Positions 17,785-28,084 of a stretch of 64,000 nucleotides of DNA are shown one piece after another (positions within the stretch are counted from its first letter, which is position 1; each line of letters starts with the position of its first letter). A program made the translations under genes and the position numbers. The notes below the pieces were generated by a model that had not been told where the DNA came from, did not search any database, and worked only from the letters and a program-made list of their open reading frames with translations. The stretch comes from a virus. Lineage: Duplodnaviria > Caudoviricetes. The DNA is taken from the IMG/VR virus record IMGVR_UViG_3300037067_006113, positions 32,001-96,000 of that record. One strand, written 5' to 3'.

Positions 17785-18750
17785 TTTTTCCTCCTAATCC
17801 TATAAGTTCTAACAAATTATTACCTATAAGTGTCCAATTTATTATTTGATCAAATTTCTTTAATATAATTTCATGACCTTTTAACGCATTTTTATATGTG
17901 GAGTAGCGGTGCATAAATGCTGTATTTGAATTAGTATCAAATACAATTGTTTCAAATAATAGAGGATTTCCTTTACCTATAAAATTGTGGTCTATACCTA
18001 AAAATACAGTAGATATAAAGTATCCATTCATTAATTTATCTTGTTTTACTATTCTTTCTTTTTTCTGTAAAAAATTCGACCAATCTATTATTGTGGAAGG
18101 TACCATATTCTTTTTACTATCAAGAGTATAAAATCTTATAGAATATCGTTTTCCAACATCAAGTTTTTCAATTGCTTCTCTCATGCTTTTTGCTGTATCT
18201 GCTTTTATATTATCTATTTCTTTCTCGGTTATTTTTTTACTTGTTGAGGTTCTTTCAATCCATATACCTTCATATGGTTGACCACACTCACCAGCAATCT
18301 TTTTATCAAGTTCGTCCATTCTATCCATAACTTTAGTTTCGTCAGTTGTTTTTAGTTCTTCTACAAAACTTCTTTTTCTAGTTGAAAGGTTAATTTCATA
18401 AATTTTCCAACTATTTTTATATTTCTTAGCAATTAAACCAGTATCTAAACTCATTTTTGATCCTTTCCTATTTTATTAAATTCTTTTCTTTTATCACGTT
18501 TAATCATAACTACAGGTGGTTGTCCTAATCTATCCATCATTTCATTAAGGAAATCTACTTTATGTTGGGGTTTCCACGGAGTATTAATTACACTATCAGT
18601 ATCTATAATCTTAATTCCAAACTTTTTTTCGGCCCAATCAACAAAATCTTTATCACTCAATTCACTAAGAGATAGATTACCCCAGTTTCCATTTGGTAAT
18701 TTTGCTCTAATGAATATGTAATCTAAATCTTTAATATTATATTTAAACAT
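17765..18750 (-). CDS. two hypothetical genes (17765-18454, 18451-18750)
   Basis: Packed ORFs; upstream TGATATAAT. Confidence 0.65.
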
Positions 18751-18798
18751 ATGTTTCTATTGGACTTGATTAACTATTTAATTATATCACAAACTAAG

Positions 18799-20223
18799 TT
18801 AAATATCAACTGACTGTAGCTCTTGGTATGTATCGGATATAAGTTTTAATTCGGTATTAGATCCATCTATAATTGTTGAATGAACTTTAATGTTTTTTAA
18901 GGCTTCCTTATTTATACTAACGCGGTCTTCCCCATCAGTAATAACCATAATTTCCGACTTTTCAAAATCTTCTGGTGCCTTATGTATGTCGTCAATAGCA
19001 GCCAGAATTGCACTTTGTATACTTGTACCACCCCCAGAATATGGATTTCTAACGAGTGTGTCACACAACTTTTGTGCGTCTTCTTTAGTTTTGACTTTAA
19101 TTACCTGACCTGGACTATCATCAAAGAACCGTAAGAAATATGTGGAACCCTCTGATATTGCCTGTCTAACTAATGCTAAAGCTACACCTGAGGCATATAT
19201 ATTCTTTTTACCTTGCATACTTCCAGATACATCGATTAGTAAATATAACGATTGCCTCTTTAATCTTCTAGATTGGTAATCTCTTACTAATAATTCTTTA
19301 CGTAATAATTTCTGCATAAATATATCGTCATCGTATGCATATTGTGTTGGAACAAGTTTTAATATCTCCATAGGATTATCTATATTTTTAACTGACATTT
19401 CATTATCAGGAAATGGCACGCTCTCAAGTACCTCGTCGCGACGATATTGTTCAGTAACTTCCTTAATTCTAGCAACATAAAATATGTCCATTTCACGACT
19501 TGATAACTTATTGGCAATCTTTTTAATAATATCCATAATATTACCAATTTTAAGATCCTTATGACCAATGCCAGCATGTTTATTAAGATAATCTTGCAGA
19601 TCTTCTGAATCAAACAAACCACTTTCAATGGTTTTTTCTATTTGGTCGACGTTCTTACGAAATTCTGTCATGTCTATAGGTAAATTACCTTCATCGGCAC
19701 TAGTACCTTGTTGATCTTCTGATTTTGAACTCTGACGTGGTTGTTTTTGATTTTGCGGTTCGTTTTCTTGATTTCCGTCTGTTGAGTCGTCTTCGCTATC
19801 TTCCGACTGTTCCTCGTCATTCTGTGACGTCTGGGACGGTTGTTGTTGAGGTTGTGCCTGTTTGGGTGGCTGAAACATATTCAAAAACACTCGTAAAGCT
19901 TCCATTGGATCAAGTTTATTTAGTTCGAAAAACAGTTTAGATATTATAAAGTATCTAAAAAATCCTCGTATCTTATTATAAAAATCTACATTTTTCATTA
20001 AATCGCCAAGTTTAGTTAAGGTATAGAGACTTCTTACATCCTTAAATATCTCCCAGAAGCTCTTTAATAATCTTCTTTTACTGATTTTCTCTTTGAATAA
20101 TGCATATGCGTCTTCAGCAAAGTCAGTAGCTAATGTCATATCTTTAACTTGGTTCATTTCGTCAACCATTTGGAATATTTCATTTCTTTCTTCTTCAGTT
20201 AATTTGGATTTAGTTATTCTCAT
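18799..20223 (-). CDS. VWA (MIDAS) domain protein, MoxR partner
   Basis: LLIDVSGSMQG, GGGTSI, VITDGE; acidic Gln-rich linker. Confidence 0.9.
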   Translation of the reverse strand: MRITKSKLTEEERNEIFQMVDEMNQVKDMTLATDFAEDAYALFKEKISKRRLLKSFWEIFKDVRSLYTLTKLGDLMKNVDFYNKIRGFFRYFIISKLFFELNKLDPMEALRVFLNMFQPPKQAQPQQQPSQTSQNDEEQSEDSEDDSTDGNQENEPQNQKQPRQSSKSEDQQGTSADEGNLPIDMTEFRKNVDQIEKTIESGLFDSEDLQDYLNKHAGIGHKDLKIGNIMDIIKKIANKLSSREMDIFYVARIKEVTEQYRRDEVLESVPFPDNEMSVKNIDNPMEILKLVPTQYAYDDDIFMQKLLRKELLVRDYQSRRLKRQSLYLLIDVSGSMQGKKNIYASGVALALVRQAISEGSTYFLRFFDDSPGQVIKVKTKEDAQKLCDTLVRNPYSGGGTSIQSAILAAIDDIHKAPEDFEKSEIMVITDGEDRVSINKEALKNIKVHSTIIDGSNTELKLISDTYQELQSVDI

Positions 20224-20527
20224 TTGGTTTATCCCATTCTCCTAGACTGGATTTAAATTTACTTATACTCTTTCTTGACATTTCTTGGTGTTTTGTAAGT
20301 GCATCTTTGTATCCTTTTTCAAACTCAGAACCTATAAGGATTCCAAATTTCTCTGAGTCAAATAATGTTTCTATGTACATATGTCCTGTTGATTGAAAAT
20401 AATCAAATGCTAATTTTCCTAATTTATAACTTCCTTCTATTAAGGAGTAATGTTCCTTCATTATTTTTTCATGTAGTATTTTAGTTTTATTTTTACTCAT
20501 ATAATTTATGGATAAAATACATAACAA
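20210..20527 (-). CDS. hypothetical protein
   Basis: Packed ORF. Confidence 0.6.
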   Translation of the reverse strand: MLCILSINYMSKNKTKILHEKIMKEHYSLIEGSYKLGKLAFDYFQSTGHMYIETLFDSEKFGILIGSEFEKGYKDALTKHQEMSRKSISKFKSSLGEWDKPNENN

Positions 20528-20946
20528 TAATCGAAATATTCTCTTACTAATTTACCACTATCCTGATTATGCCAAGGCGGTACATAATTACAAATGCCAA
20601 ACTTCCGTTTTGTATCTGCAAAATCACCTTTCCATTGTTTTAAAAACTCTTCCGTGGTCATATTATAGAATTCACACCATTCTTTTGGCGCGAATACTTC
20701 AAACTCTTTCCTTTGAACGGGATTAATCATTATATACTTTTTATGATTTCTGAAGAACCAACTTTGGAATCCATATCCACAACCTAAATCTACAACTACC
20801 CAATCTTTAGGTATAAGTTTGGAAAGGTAATAATAGGTATCTGTGAAACCTAAAAATGATCCGTCAATATCACCACTATTTGCTTCTAATATCTTAATTA
20901 CCTGATCTTTATATTTCGTTTTTATTAGTGTTTTATACAAATCCAT
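20506..20946 (-). CDS. small class I SAM-dependent methyltransferase-like protein
   Basis: VVDLGCGYG motif I. Confidence 0.65.
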   Translation of the reverse strand: MDLYKTLIKTKYKDQVIKILEANSGDIDGSFLGFTDTYYYLSKLIPKDWVVVDLGCGYGFQSWFFRNHKKYIMINPVQRKEFEVFAPKEWCEFYNMTTEEFLKQWKGDFADTKRKFGICNYVPPWHNQDSGKLVREYFDYCYVFYP

Positions 20947-20950
20947 GCAA

Positions 20951-22406
20951 TTATTTCTTATTATTTTTTAGTAGATAATTAACTTGCCTTATATCTAGTC
21001 TGGATAATACATTTAATACTAAGTTAATAATATGTTGGAGTTTAATGTAAGGAGTTCTTCCTTCGTCCTCCATATATATTAGAGATACAACTCTCTGTAG
21101 CCTTATATGTTTCTTTTTATTAAACATATAGTAAGTGACTGCAACTCCAAAAATATAACTTAATATGGCAACTATACATATATAAATTATGTTCATAATT
21201 ATTCTCCTTTAATAACTTATTTATACGATTGTCCATTCATTTTTATTGTCATTAGTTCTTGTGCAAGAAGTTCGGCTAAGTTGTTTAATTGTTGTGTATC
21301 TATATCCATTGTTAATATTCTATCTAGAAGTTTTGGCACTTCTATATTGAGCCAATCTATGATCTCAGGGTTAACTACTTTAATTTCCTCTCTTGTAATA
21401 CCATCATCCAATATATTAGTATGAATTGTGCCAAACCTATTGATATAAGAATCAATAAAATAACACCGCAAACTCTCTCTTATTATATATTTTTTAGTTC
21501 CGTCATTCATGTTTGTCTCCAACTTTATCTATAAAAAAAATAGGATACTTAGACCTTACTTCTTCTATAGATAGTTCGCTACCGAAAATGTAAACAGCTT
21601 TATTTATTTCTCCAGAATAAACAGTCTTATCTAATAAAGTAAACACTTCGGGATTTGTCAATGCTACCCCTACCCTCGACATACCTATTTTGAAATCTTC
21701 TTCAGTAGGTTTTGGTACTACATTTCCTTTAAAGGAAGAGATTACAGTTATGGAAGTGTATGAATGATACTTTTTCATATTTTCTCCTTTAATTTTTCAA
21801 TCATAGTTGCCACCTCTTATTCTCCTTTAACTCGTTTTCTTTAAGAGGATCCAAAGCTACTGTATTCTTTTCTAATTCTAATAAATGAACAACAATTCCA
21901 GTACTTTCAATTATTTTTGTACCATAGTGTTCTATAACTCTCCAAGGTATGTCCTGACCTGTAAGCACTAATACAAATACGCGTTTATCCTCTTTAGCTG
22001 TAGGGGTTACTAACGCCCACATATTAACAGATTCGTTTTGTATACCAAAATCGATAATATCTGCCCCCATGGGTAACCTAACTATTTCTGGTTCACTGTA
22101 ATATCTTAAGTTATATTTATATATTTTTTTCATTTTTCTTTGGTTTTCTATAATTTATTATATTAGTTCTTTAGTGTAATCACCTAACGCTTTTAATATA
22201 TATTTGGTAGCTTGTTTTCTTTCTTCCCCTTTAATATTGGCATAATGCAAACTATCTAATAAATAACGCAACATTCCATTTGCTATAGTCTCAATCATTG
22301 GCTGATAGGTTTCTTCTTCCATTAATTTTATTTTTGCCTTTTCTTTTTTTTGATATTGTATGCTCTTAGATTCTCTAGCAGAACCCCTTTTATATGTTTT
22401 TCTCAT
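20951..22406 (-). CDS. five small hypothetical genes (20951-21196, 21217-21522, 21503-21778, 21801-22133, 22158-22406)
   Basis: Co-directional ORFs, several with GGAG SD. Confidence 0.65.
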
Positions 22407-23638
22407 AGATCTATAACCTCACCTTCTATTGCCTCTGTTTTTCCATCTCCAAGTTTCTTTGTACTTGATCGTCTAAATAGTTTATCTCTATTAGTAGCAA
22501 CTATTTCTTGCATACGTTGTAATAATTCATTTCTTTTATTTGTTGTTTTTGGTGTCGGACTATTCATTCTTTGGATTGATAAAATATCTTCACTAAGTTT
22601 ACGCATTTTACTTAAGAATTCTTGGTCACTTAATGTGTCGAAATCTATTGGCATTTCGTTAATTTCCTTTTCAATTTCTTCCAAATCGAATAATACCTGT
22701 CTTTCTTCTTCAGCTTTACCTACACATTTCTCATACACAGCGTCAAATATTTCTTCCTCAATTCGTCTGTTAACAACACATAATATATATCGTAATTCTT
22801 CAAGATCAGAGTAAATAACTTCATCGCGACCATTAAGCAAAGCAGCCGCCTTTAAAACCTTTAAAGCTTTATTAGCAGTTCGTGGGGATATATACTTTTT
22901 ACTTTCTTTAGTAAATTCTTCAAGGAAATTATCAAACGTATCAATAATAGCTTTTGGAAATGTAACTGACTTTGGATCTTTGACTAAATTGGCACATTCT
23001 TTTAGTTTGGCTATAGTTAATATCTTATTTGGTATAAAGTCTGGTTGGTCAATATAATTTTGATAAATCTTAGTTCGGTCACCTTTAGCTGTGCTTGGAA
23101 CTACGTCACATTTGAATACAATACGGTCAAGAATAGCTTGAGTGACTTCGTTTTCACGTTGGTAATTAGAGGTAACAATTGCTGTATGAAGTTTAGCTTT
23201 AACCTGTTGAGAACCTTTCATCCATGTTCTTTCATTCAATACACCTAATAAGGAACGTAGTAATACGTCAGAAGCGTCAAAAAACTCGTCTAGGAATGCA
23301 AAATCAGCGTCCAAAATTGAGTTATTAGTATTGTGAACAATATTTCCTTTTTTAAGTTCAATAATATTTAGAGGTCCAAAAACATACTCCTCAGTTGTCT
23401 GTTTTGTTAAATGAATTTGGAAAAGTGAGGCACCTTCAATTACCGAAAAAGCATTAGTTGCAAATAAACTCTTAGCAGTACCAGCAGGACCCATCATAAG
23501 CATATGTTCTTGTGTGAGTAATGCATACATTAACTGTTTAGTCTCGCGTTCACGGTCAACTAATCCAATAACGTCACTATTAAATAAATCACTATCAAAT
23601 AATTTAGTGGGAACTGTGGATTTCTTTTTCTTTTTCAT
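22403..23638 (-). CDS. MoxR/RavA-like AAA+ ATPase
   Basis: GPAGTAKS, EEYVFGP, AFLDEFF, AILDR, ISPR. Confidence 0.9.
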   Translation of the reverse strand: MKKKKKSTVPTKLFDSDLFNSDVIGLVDRERETKQLMYALLTQEHMLMMGPAGTAKSLFATNAFSVIEGASLFQIHLTKQTTEEYVFGPLNIIELKKGNIVHNTNNSILDADFAFLDEFFDASDVLLRSLLGVLNERTWMKGSQQVKAKLHTAIVTSNYQRENEVTQAILDRIVFKCDVVPSTAKGDRTKIYQNYIDQPDFIPNKILTIAKLKECANLVKDPKSVTFPKAIIDTFDNFLEEFTKESKKYISPRTANKALKVLKAAALLNGRDEVIYSDLEELRYILCVVNRRIEEEIFDAVYEKCVGKAEEERQVLFDLEEIEKEINEMPIDFDTLSDQEFLSKMRKLSEDILSIQRMNSPTPKTTNKRNELLQRMQEIVATNRDKLFRRSSTKKLGDGKTEAIEGEVIDL

Positions 23639-23717
23639 AATTCTCCTATATCAGTATCAATTTAAATTTTCTTTATTAAATATTATATCATTTTTCAGGC
23701 AGAAAAACAACAGTATT

Positions 23718-24542
23718 TTACATGCAGTATGTTCTTGCCATCCAGTTTTCTATACCGCCATGGCTGATACTGAACATCATGGCTTGTATACTTGCCTCTG
23801 TATCAGTTCTTAGATCAATCTCCTCTAATCCCATTTGTTTTCTATGACCTAAAAAAGTAGCTAAATGATATTGGCATACTCCTTTAGCTGCTCCACTGTC
23901 ACCAACCACCTCGTCACGACCACCAGACTCATGATAAATAATACAATCCATTAGTCTTATATCCTCAACTCCATAGATAGACGCATATTTAGCAACTAAA
24001 TCTTTAACTTCAGTTGGCAAATTCTTTTCTGCATTGTTTCTATTAGTTATTATTGATTGTTGGTGAGCGTATATTGCTTCTTCTTTAGCTTTGGCTTCTA
24101 ACTTAGAATTTAGTTCTAATATTTTATCTTTTAATTCTTGAATTTCTTTATCTTTATCTTTGATAAATCCTTCCTGAACTTTAATTACTTTAATTTGGTT
24201 TTCTGACTTATAAGTTGCTATGTATTCATATCTAAATTGAAAAAGTACAATACTTATTGTAACTACTAAATAGATAAAAGTTACTATTAAGACATAATAT
24301 CCGCTAACCTCACTTTCCCCAAACCTTTGTATTCTATCCTTAATTTGTTTAATAGTGTATTTAGTTTTCTTATATAACCAAAGTATAAAAAGTACAACTT
24401 TAGTAAGAAACTTAAATATCAATATCAATACTTTCTCTACTATCTTCTTTATTATCCTTAATGTTGCTAAAAATAAACCTTTAATTATTCGGCCTATTCT
24501 TCGCCAATTTATTCGTATAAGTGGATCTTCTGCCTTTTTCAT
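23718..24542 (-). CDS. membrane-anchored coiled-coil protein with C-terminal lytic transglycosylase (SLT) domain
   Basis: TM segment; CIIYHESGG...AKGVCQY. Confidence 0.75.
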   Translation of the reverse strand: MKKAEDPLIRINWRRIGRIIKGLFLATLRIIKKIVEKVLILIFKFLTKVVLFILWLYKKTKYTIKQIKDRIQRFGESEVSGYYVLIVTFIYLVVTISIVLFQFRYEYIATYKSENQIKVIKVQEGFIKDKDKEIQELKDKILELNSKLEAKAKEEAIYAHQQSIITNRNNAEKNLPTEVKDLVAKYASIYGVEDIRLMDCIIYHESGGRDEVVGDSGAAKGVCQYHLATFLGHRKQMGLEEIDLRTDTEASIQAMMFSISHGGIENWMARTYCM

Positions 24543-24547
24543 ATAAT

Positions 24548-25306
24548 TTATGCTCCTCGTTTTTTAGCCAATAACATTTTGTCAATAATTATACGAGCGT
24601 ATTCCATGCCACTTGTAGTGGCTAATTGAACAGTATCGTATTGGCAAGGTTCAAACCAAATATCTATACCGTTGTGTCCTTTTATACCAACTTGATATTT
24701 GTGACCTTTCTTTCTGACAATAATGTCATTACCTTTATAATTAAATAACTTTTCTTTTTCCATCATTATTACCTATTAATTTTCTCAAAATTTCTTGACT
24801 TTCACATAATGTACATTCGGTTACTACTTCCACAATTCTCGCATTTGGGTTATATGTAATTTCAACACCACCAGTTATTGGAATCTCCTTTCCATCTATT
24901 AGAACTCTGTAGTTTCTGAGTTTAGTAGTATATTTCATATTTTTATAGTAATTACTGCCTTAACTGGTTCTAATATAGGATCTGGAAAATTGTCATTCCA
25001 AATCATATAACCACCACCACGGTAAACATATTTATATGTGTCTTTTAAATATTTACTTACAGTATTGTTGGTATTAATATATGTTCCTTTTATATGTCTA
25101 ATCGCCATACCTTTATCATTGTAAAGTAAAATTTTCTTTTTATCTTTAATGTCACTACACATACATAAATATTTAGATGATGCACCTTTCACAACTGCTT
25201 TATGCAATTTATCCATAACAATCCATACATTTTTCTTATATATCGTTGTACCTTCAAGCTTATCTGCAATTATATCTAATTCTTTTAATCTATCTTTATC
25301 ATTCAT
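24548..25306 (-). CDS. three hypothetical genes (24548-24766, 24741-24938, 24935-25306)
   Basis: Packed ORFs. Confidence 0.6.
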
Positions 25307-25307
25307 A

Positions 25308-25607
25308 TTAAAATACAGGTCTATAACCTTTTCTTTCTTTATCTGAAATTAATCTTTCCAATTCTCTCTCAGCATCGTATTTATCTTGAAAAATCAGTTC
25401 CATACGTTGACCTATTGTTCCAATTAAACCCCAACGTCTTACTAGAATATATGAAGTAATATTTCCTTTTTTGTCTTCTTGGATATCAGCAGCCCAGAAC
25501 TTATTATGTTCTTCTGATTTGTTCTCCCAATAAATTGGTCTTTTACTTGGTAATATTACCACCATACATTTTCCTAAATTTAACTCTTTATATAATGTAC
25601 CATTCAT
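25308..25607 (-). CDS. stand-alone WGR domain protein
   Basis: HNKFW..RRWGLIGTIGQ..KERKGY. Confidence 0.8.
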   Translation of the reverse strand: MNGTLYKELNLGKCMVVILPSKRPIYWENKSEEHNKFWAADIQEDKKGNITSYILVRRWGLIGTIGQRMELIFQDKYDAERELERLISDKERKGYRPVF

Positions 25608-26252
25608 TATACTGCAAAATTACCTATATCACTGCGTACATGATCACAAAATAAGCATTCTCCTAATCCTTTTAATATATCTAATCGTGTCCATTTTCCA
25701 CATCCACAATGACCGGCAACATAACGAACTATTTTTGCATTAGTTATACTAGGAGATAATTTCTTTACTTCTTCCAAAGCTTTAAAAGCTTCTTCTTCAC
25801 TATGATATTCTCCAATCTCACCGTCATTATGTTTTATCCACCATACATATTTTCTCATTTTGCCTCACTCTCTATTGGTGTACATTGGTGACTTTCATGA
25901 TATATTTTATAGGCACGTAACAGTTCAATAGACTTCTCATATTTATTAGATAGTTCTTGATATCTATTTAATGCATATGTTCCTATACCTAACGTTCCAA
26001 TTAGCACACCGAATAGGAAATACATAGTTGATACTAAAATTAACATTTTTATATTCATAATTTTTTACCTCCTTTACTTTTAAAACAACCACCAAATCCT
26101 AAATATCCAAATTCGTCTATCGTCGCTACTATTGCGGCTATACCTACTAATACAGCTACTTCAAAGTTAAAGAAGTGCCTAACTACTAAAAGTACTGATA
26201 TATTAAGTGGAAAACTTAAGTAACTTGCAACTATATATTTATTTATTTTCAT
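25607..26252 (-). CDS. three small genes (25607-25858; 25855-26058 and 26055-26252, both with a TM)
   Basis: Overlap-coupled ORFs. Confidence 0.6.
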
Positions 26253-26265
26253 ATTTTACCTTCTA

Positions 26266-26823
26266 TCATTCATCAAAATTTGTACTAATTTCTTCTTCTT
26301 TAGATCCGTCTATTCCAAACTCTTCTTTTAATTTATTACCCCATGAATTGATTATTTTATTATTAATGTTATCTATTTTGCTGTTCTCTTTCCAACACTT
26401 TGTAATTCTAGCCATTTTAGGTCTAACAGGATAAATCTTACATAAGTTGCCTTTTCCTAAGAAAATACATTTCCCTTCATTATAAGTTCTTCTAGCTGGA
26501 ATAAATTTACCTGCTAAATCTTTAATATTTACTCCTACAGGTTTAAGAAAATAAATATTTCCAAATGGTTGCTTATCAATAGCATAATACTTATGTATCA
26601 ATTCATTCGGTGTAAGTTTCAAGAATTTAGCAACTTTTTTTAATTCTGACAGAGTAGGTATACAAGATCTACAATGGCAACAAAAACCACATTTAACACA
26701 ATGATCTACTCCTCTCAAAGAGGCTGGTTTTAATCTCTTTCGCAGTGATTCTAATTTGTCATATGTTTCATGTTGTAAACGTAATCCATCTGCTAGTGTA
26801 GATAATAAATTAAACATCTCCAT
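26266..26823 (-). CDS. YkgJ/CxxCxxCC cysteine-cluster protein
   Basis: CVKCGFCC, KCIFL, CKIYPVRP. Confidence 0.85.
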   Translation of the reverse strand: MEMFNLLSTLADGLRLQHETYDKLESLRKRLKPASLRGVDHCVKCGFCCHCRSCIPTLSELKKVAKFLKLTPNELIHKYYAIDKQPFGNIYFLKPVGVNIKDLAGKFIPARRTYNEGKCIFLGKGNLCKIYPVRPKMARITKCWKENSKIDNINNKIINSWGNKLKEEFGIDGSKEEEISTNFDE

Positions 26824-27241
26824 TTAAATCCACCTCTTTTTCTCTTTCAAACCAGGCATCTGGCAAATTTAATTCTAAAAACTGACCTGCCTTATTAAAA
26901 TCTCTATATATCCATTTCAATATTACATTTCTCGGTGTCTTATTTGATATTTGATCTCTTAAAGTCTTTAGTCTTTCAAGTTTACCGAGCCATACGCGAT
27001 TAATCATATTAACTGCTAATTTACTATCCGAAAACACACATGCTACGTCTGTTTTTATATTCTGGTTTATCCAATCATATGCTTTTTCAATAGCTATGAA
27101 CTCAGCTTCATTATTTGTATGGTCACCAATATTTTCATGAATAATGACCTCATTTTCATATACTACGCATATTCTCGCGCTTTGATTTGCTTTTCCATTG
27201 TTATATGCTCCACCATCTACATAAAGTGTATGTATTTTCAT
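26810..27241 (-). CDS. rnhA: ribonuclease HI
   Basis: LYVDGG, TNNEAEFIA, FSDSKL, WIYRDFNKA. Confidence 0.85.
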   Translation of the reverse strand: MKIHTLYVDGGAYNNGKANQSARICVVYENEVIIHENIGDHTNNEAEFIAIEKAYDWINQNIKTDVACVFSDSKLAVNMINRVWLGKLERLKTLRDQISNKTPRNVILKWIYRDFNKAGQFLELNLPDAWFEREKEVDLNGDV

Positions 27242-27843
27242 GATTTATTTTCTTTCTTATGCTTTTCCATATATATTTTATGATATCTTTTATTTGCTTC
27301 TCTTTTTTTATTTCTCCAATTTTCATCATTTTCCCACTTATTGTGATAATAATTTCTCATATAAATCTTTCTTCCTGGAAGGAAATGGTACCACCATTTT
27401 CTATAGCATTTTATGCACATTCCTCTAGATCTGTCTTTCTTCTTTGTTATATCTTTATGGCAAACACTGCACTCTTTAGGATATAAAACACTTCTTATAC
27501 TATTTTTAGTTCTGTTTTTTCTGGTCAAATAGTTCTTACAGGCAACACAATATCCGCGTGAATGATTATTTTCAGTAAGTGGTCTATTACATGTTTTACA
27601 ATTTTTACCAAGCCAGGAACTCATATCATGAGGAGATTTTACTCTCTCTGGTATTCCGCTCTTTTTAACAATTTGTTCAACTCTTTGCCTACTTATGTTG
27701 TTTAACTTGCCAGTTTCAGCATATGATCGCGTTATTTTAAAATCAAATAATACTTTATTTCTATCGCATTTTATTTTATAAGTCATATCGTTTTTCTCTT
27801 TTCTTTCTATTAACCCAATCAGATATGTCAAACTCAGTTTCAA
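27238..27843 (-). CDS. HTH and Zn-finger DNA-binding protein
   Basis: ISRQRVEQI; repeated C..C/RGxCxxC. Confidence 0.6.
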   Translation of the reverse strand: MKLSLTYLIGLIERKEKNDMTYKIKCDRNKVLFDFKITRSYAETGKLNNISRQRVEQIVKKSGIPERVKSPHDMSSWLGKNCKTCNRPLTENNHSRGYCVACKNYLTRKNRTKNSIRSVLYPKECSVCHKDITKKKDRSRGMCIKCYRKWWYHFLPGRKIYMRNYYHNKWENDENWRNKKREANKRYHKIYMEKHKKENKS

Positions 27844-28084
27844 AATCCGATTGAGGTAACTTAGCTACAAAATCGTATTTAAATGTATGGTGAAATCTTA
27901 CGGCGGTTTCTCTATCAGTAACTGTCAACAATAGAGCTAAAGCAAGCTGTGAAGGTCCTGAACCGTGATAGCCCCATAAAAATCCATCAGGACTATGGTT
28001 AATAACCATCTGACTTCTAACAGGTGATAATTCCTTACCGTCTACTTTAACTATTTGTGTTTTATATGTTCCTTGTATTTTCAT
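27776..28084 (-). CDS. DUF6166-like phage protein
   Basis: NHSPDGFLWGYHGSGPSQLALALL. Confidence 0.7.
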   Translation of the reverse strand: MKIQGTYKTQIVKVDGKELSPVRSQMVINHSPDGFLWGYHGSGPSQLALALLLTVTDRETAVRFHHTFKYDFVAKLPQSDFETEFDISDWVNRKKREKRYDL

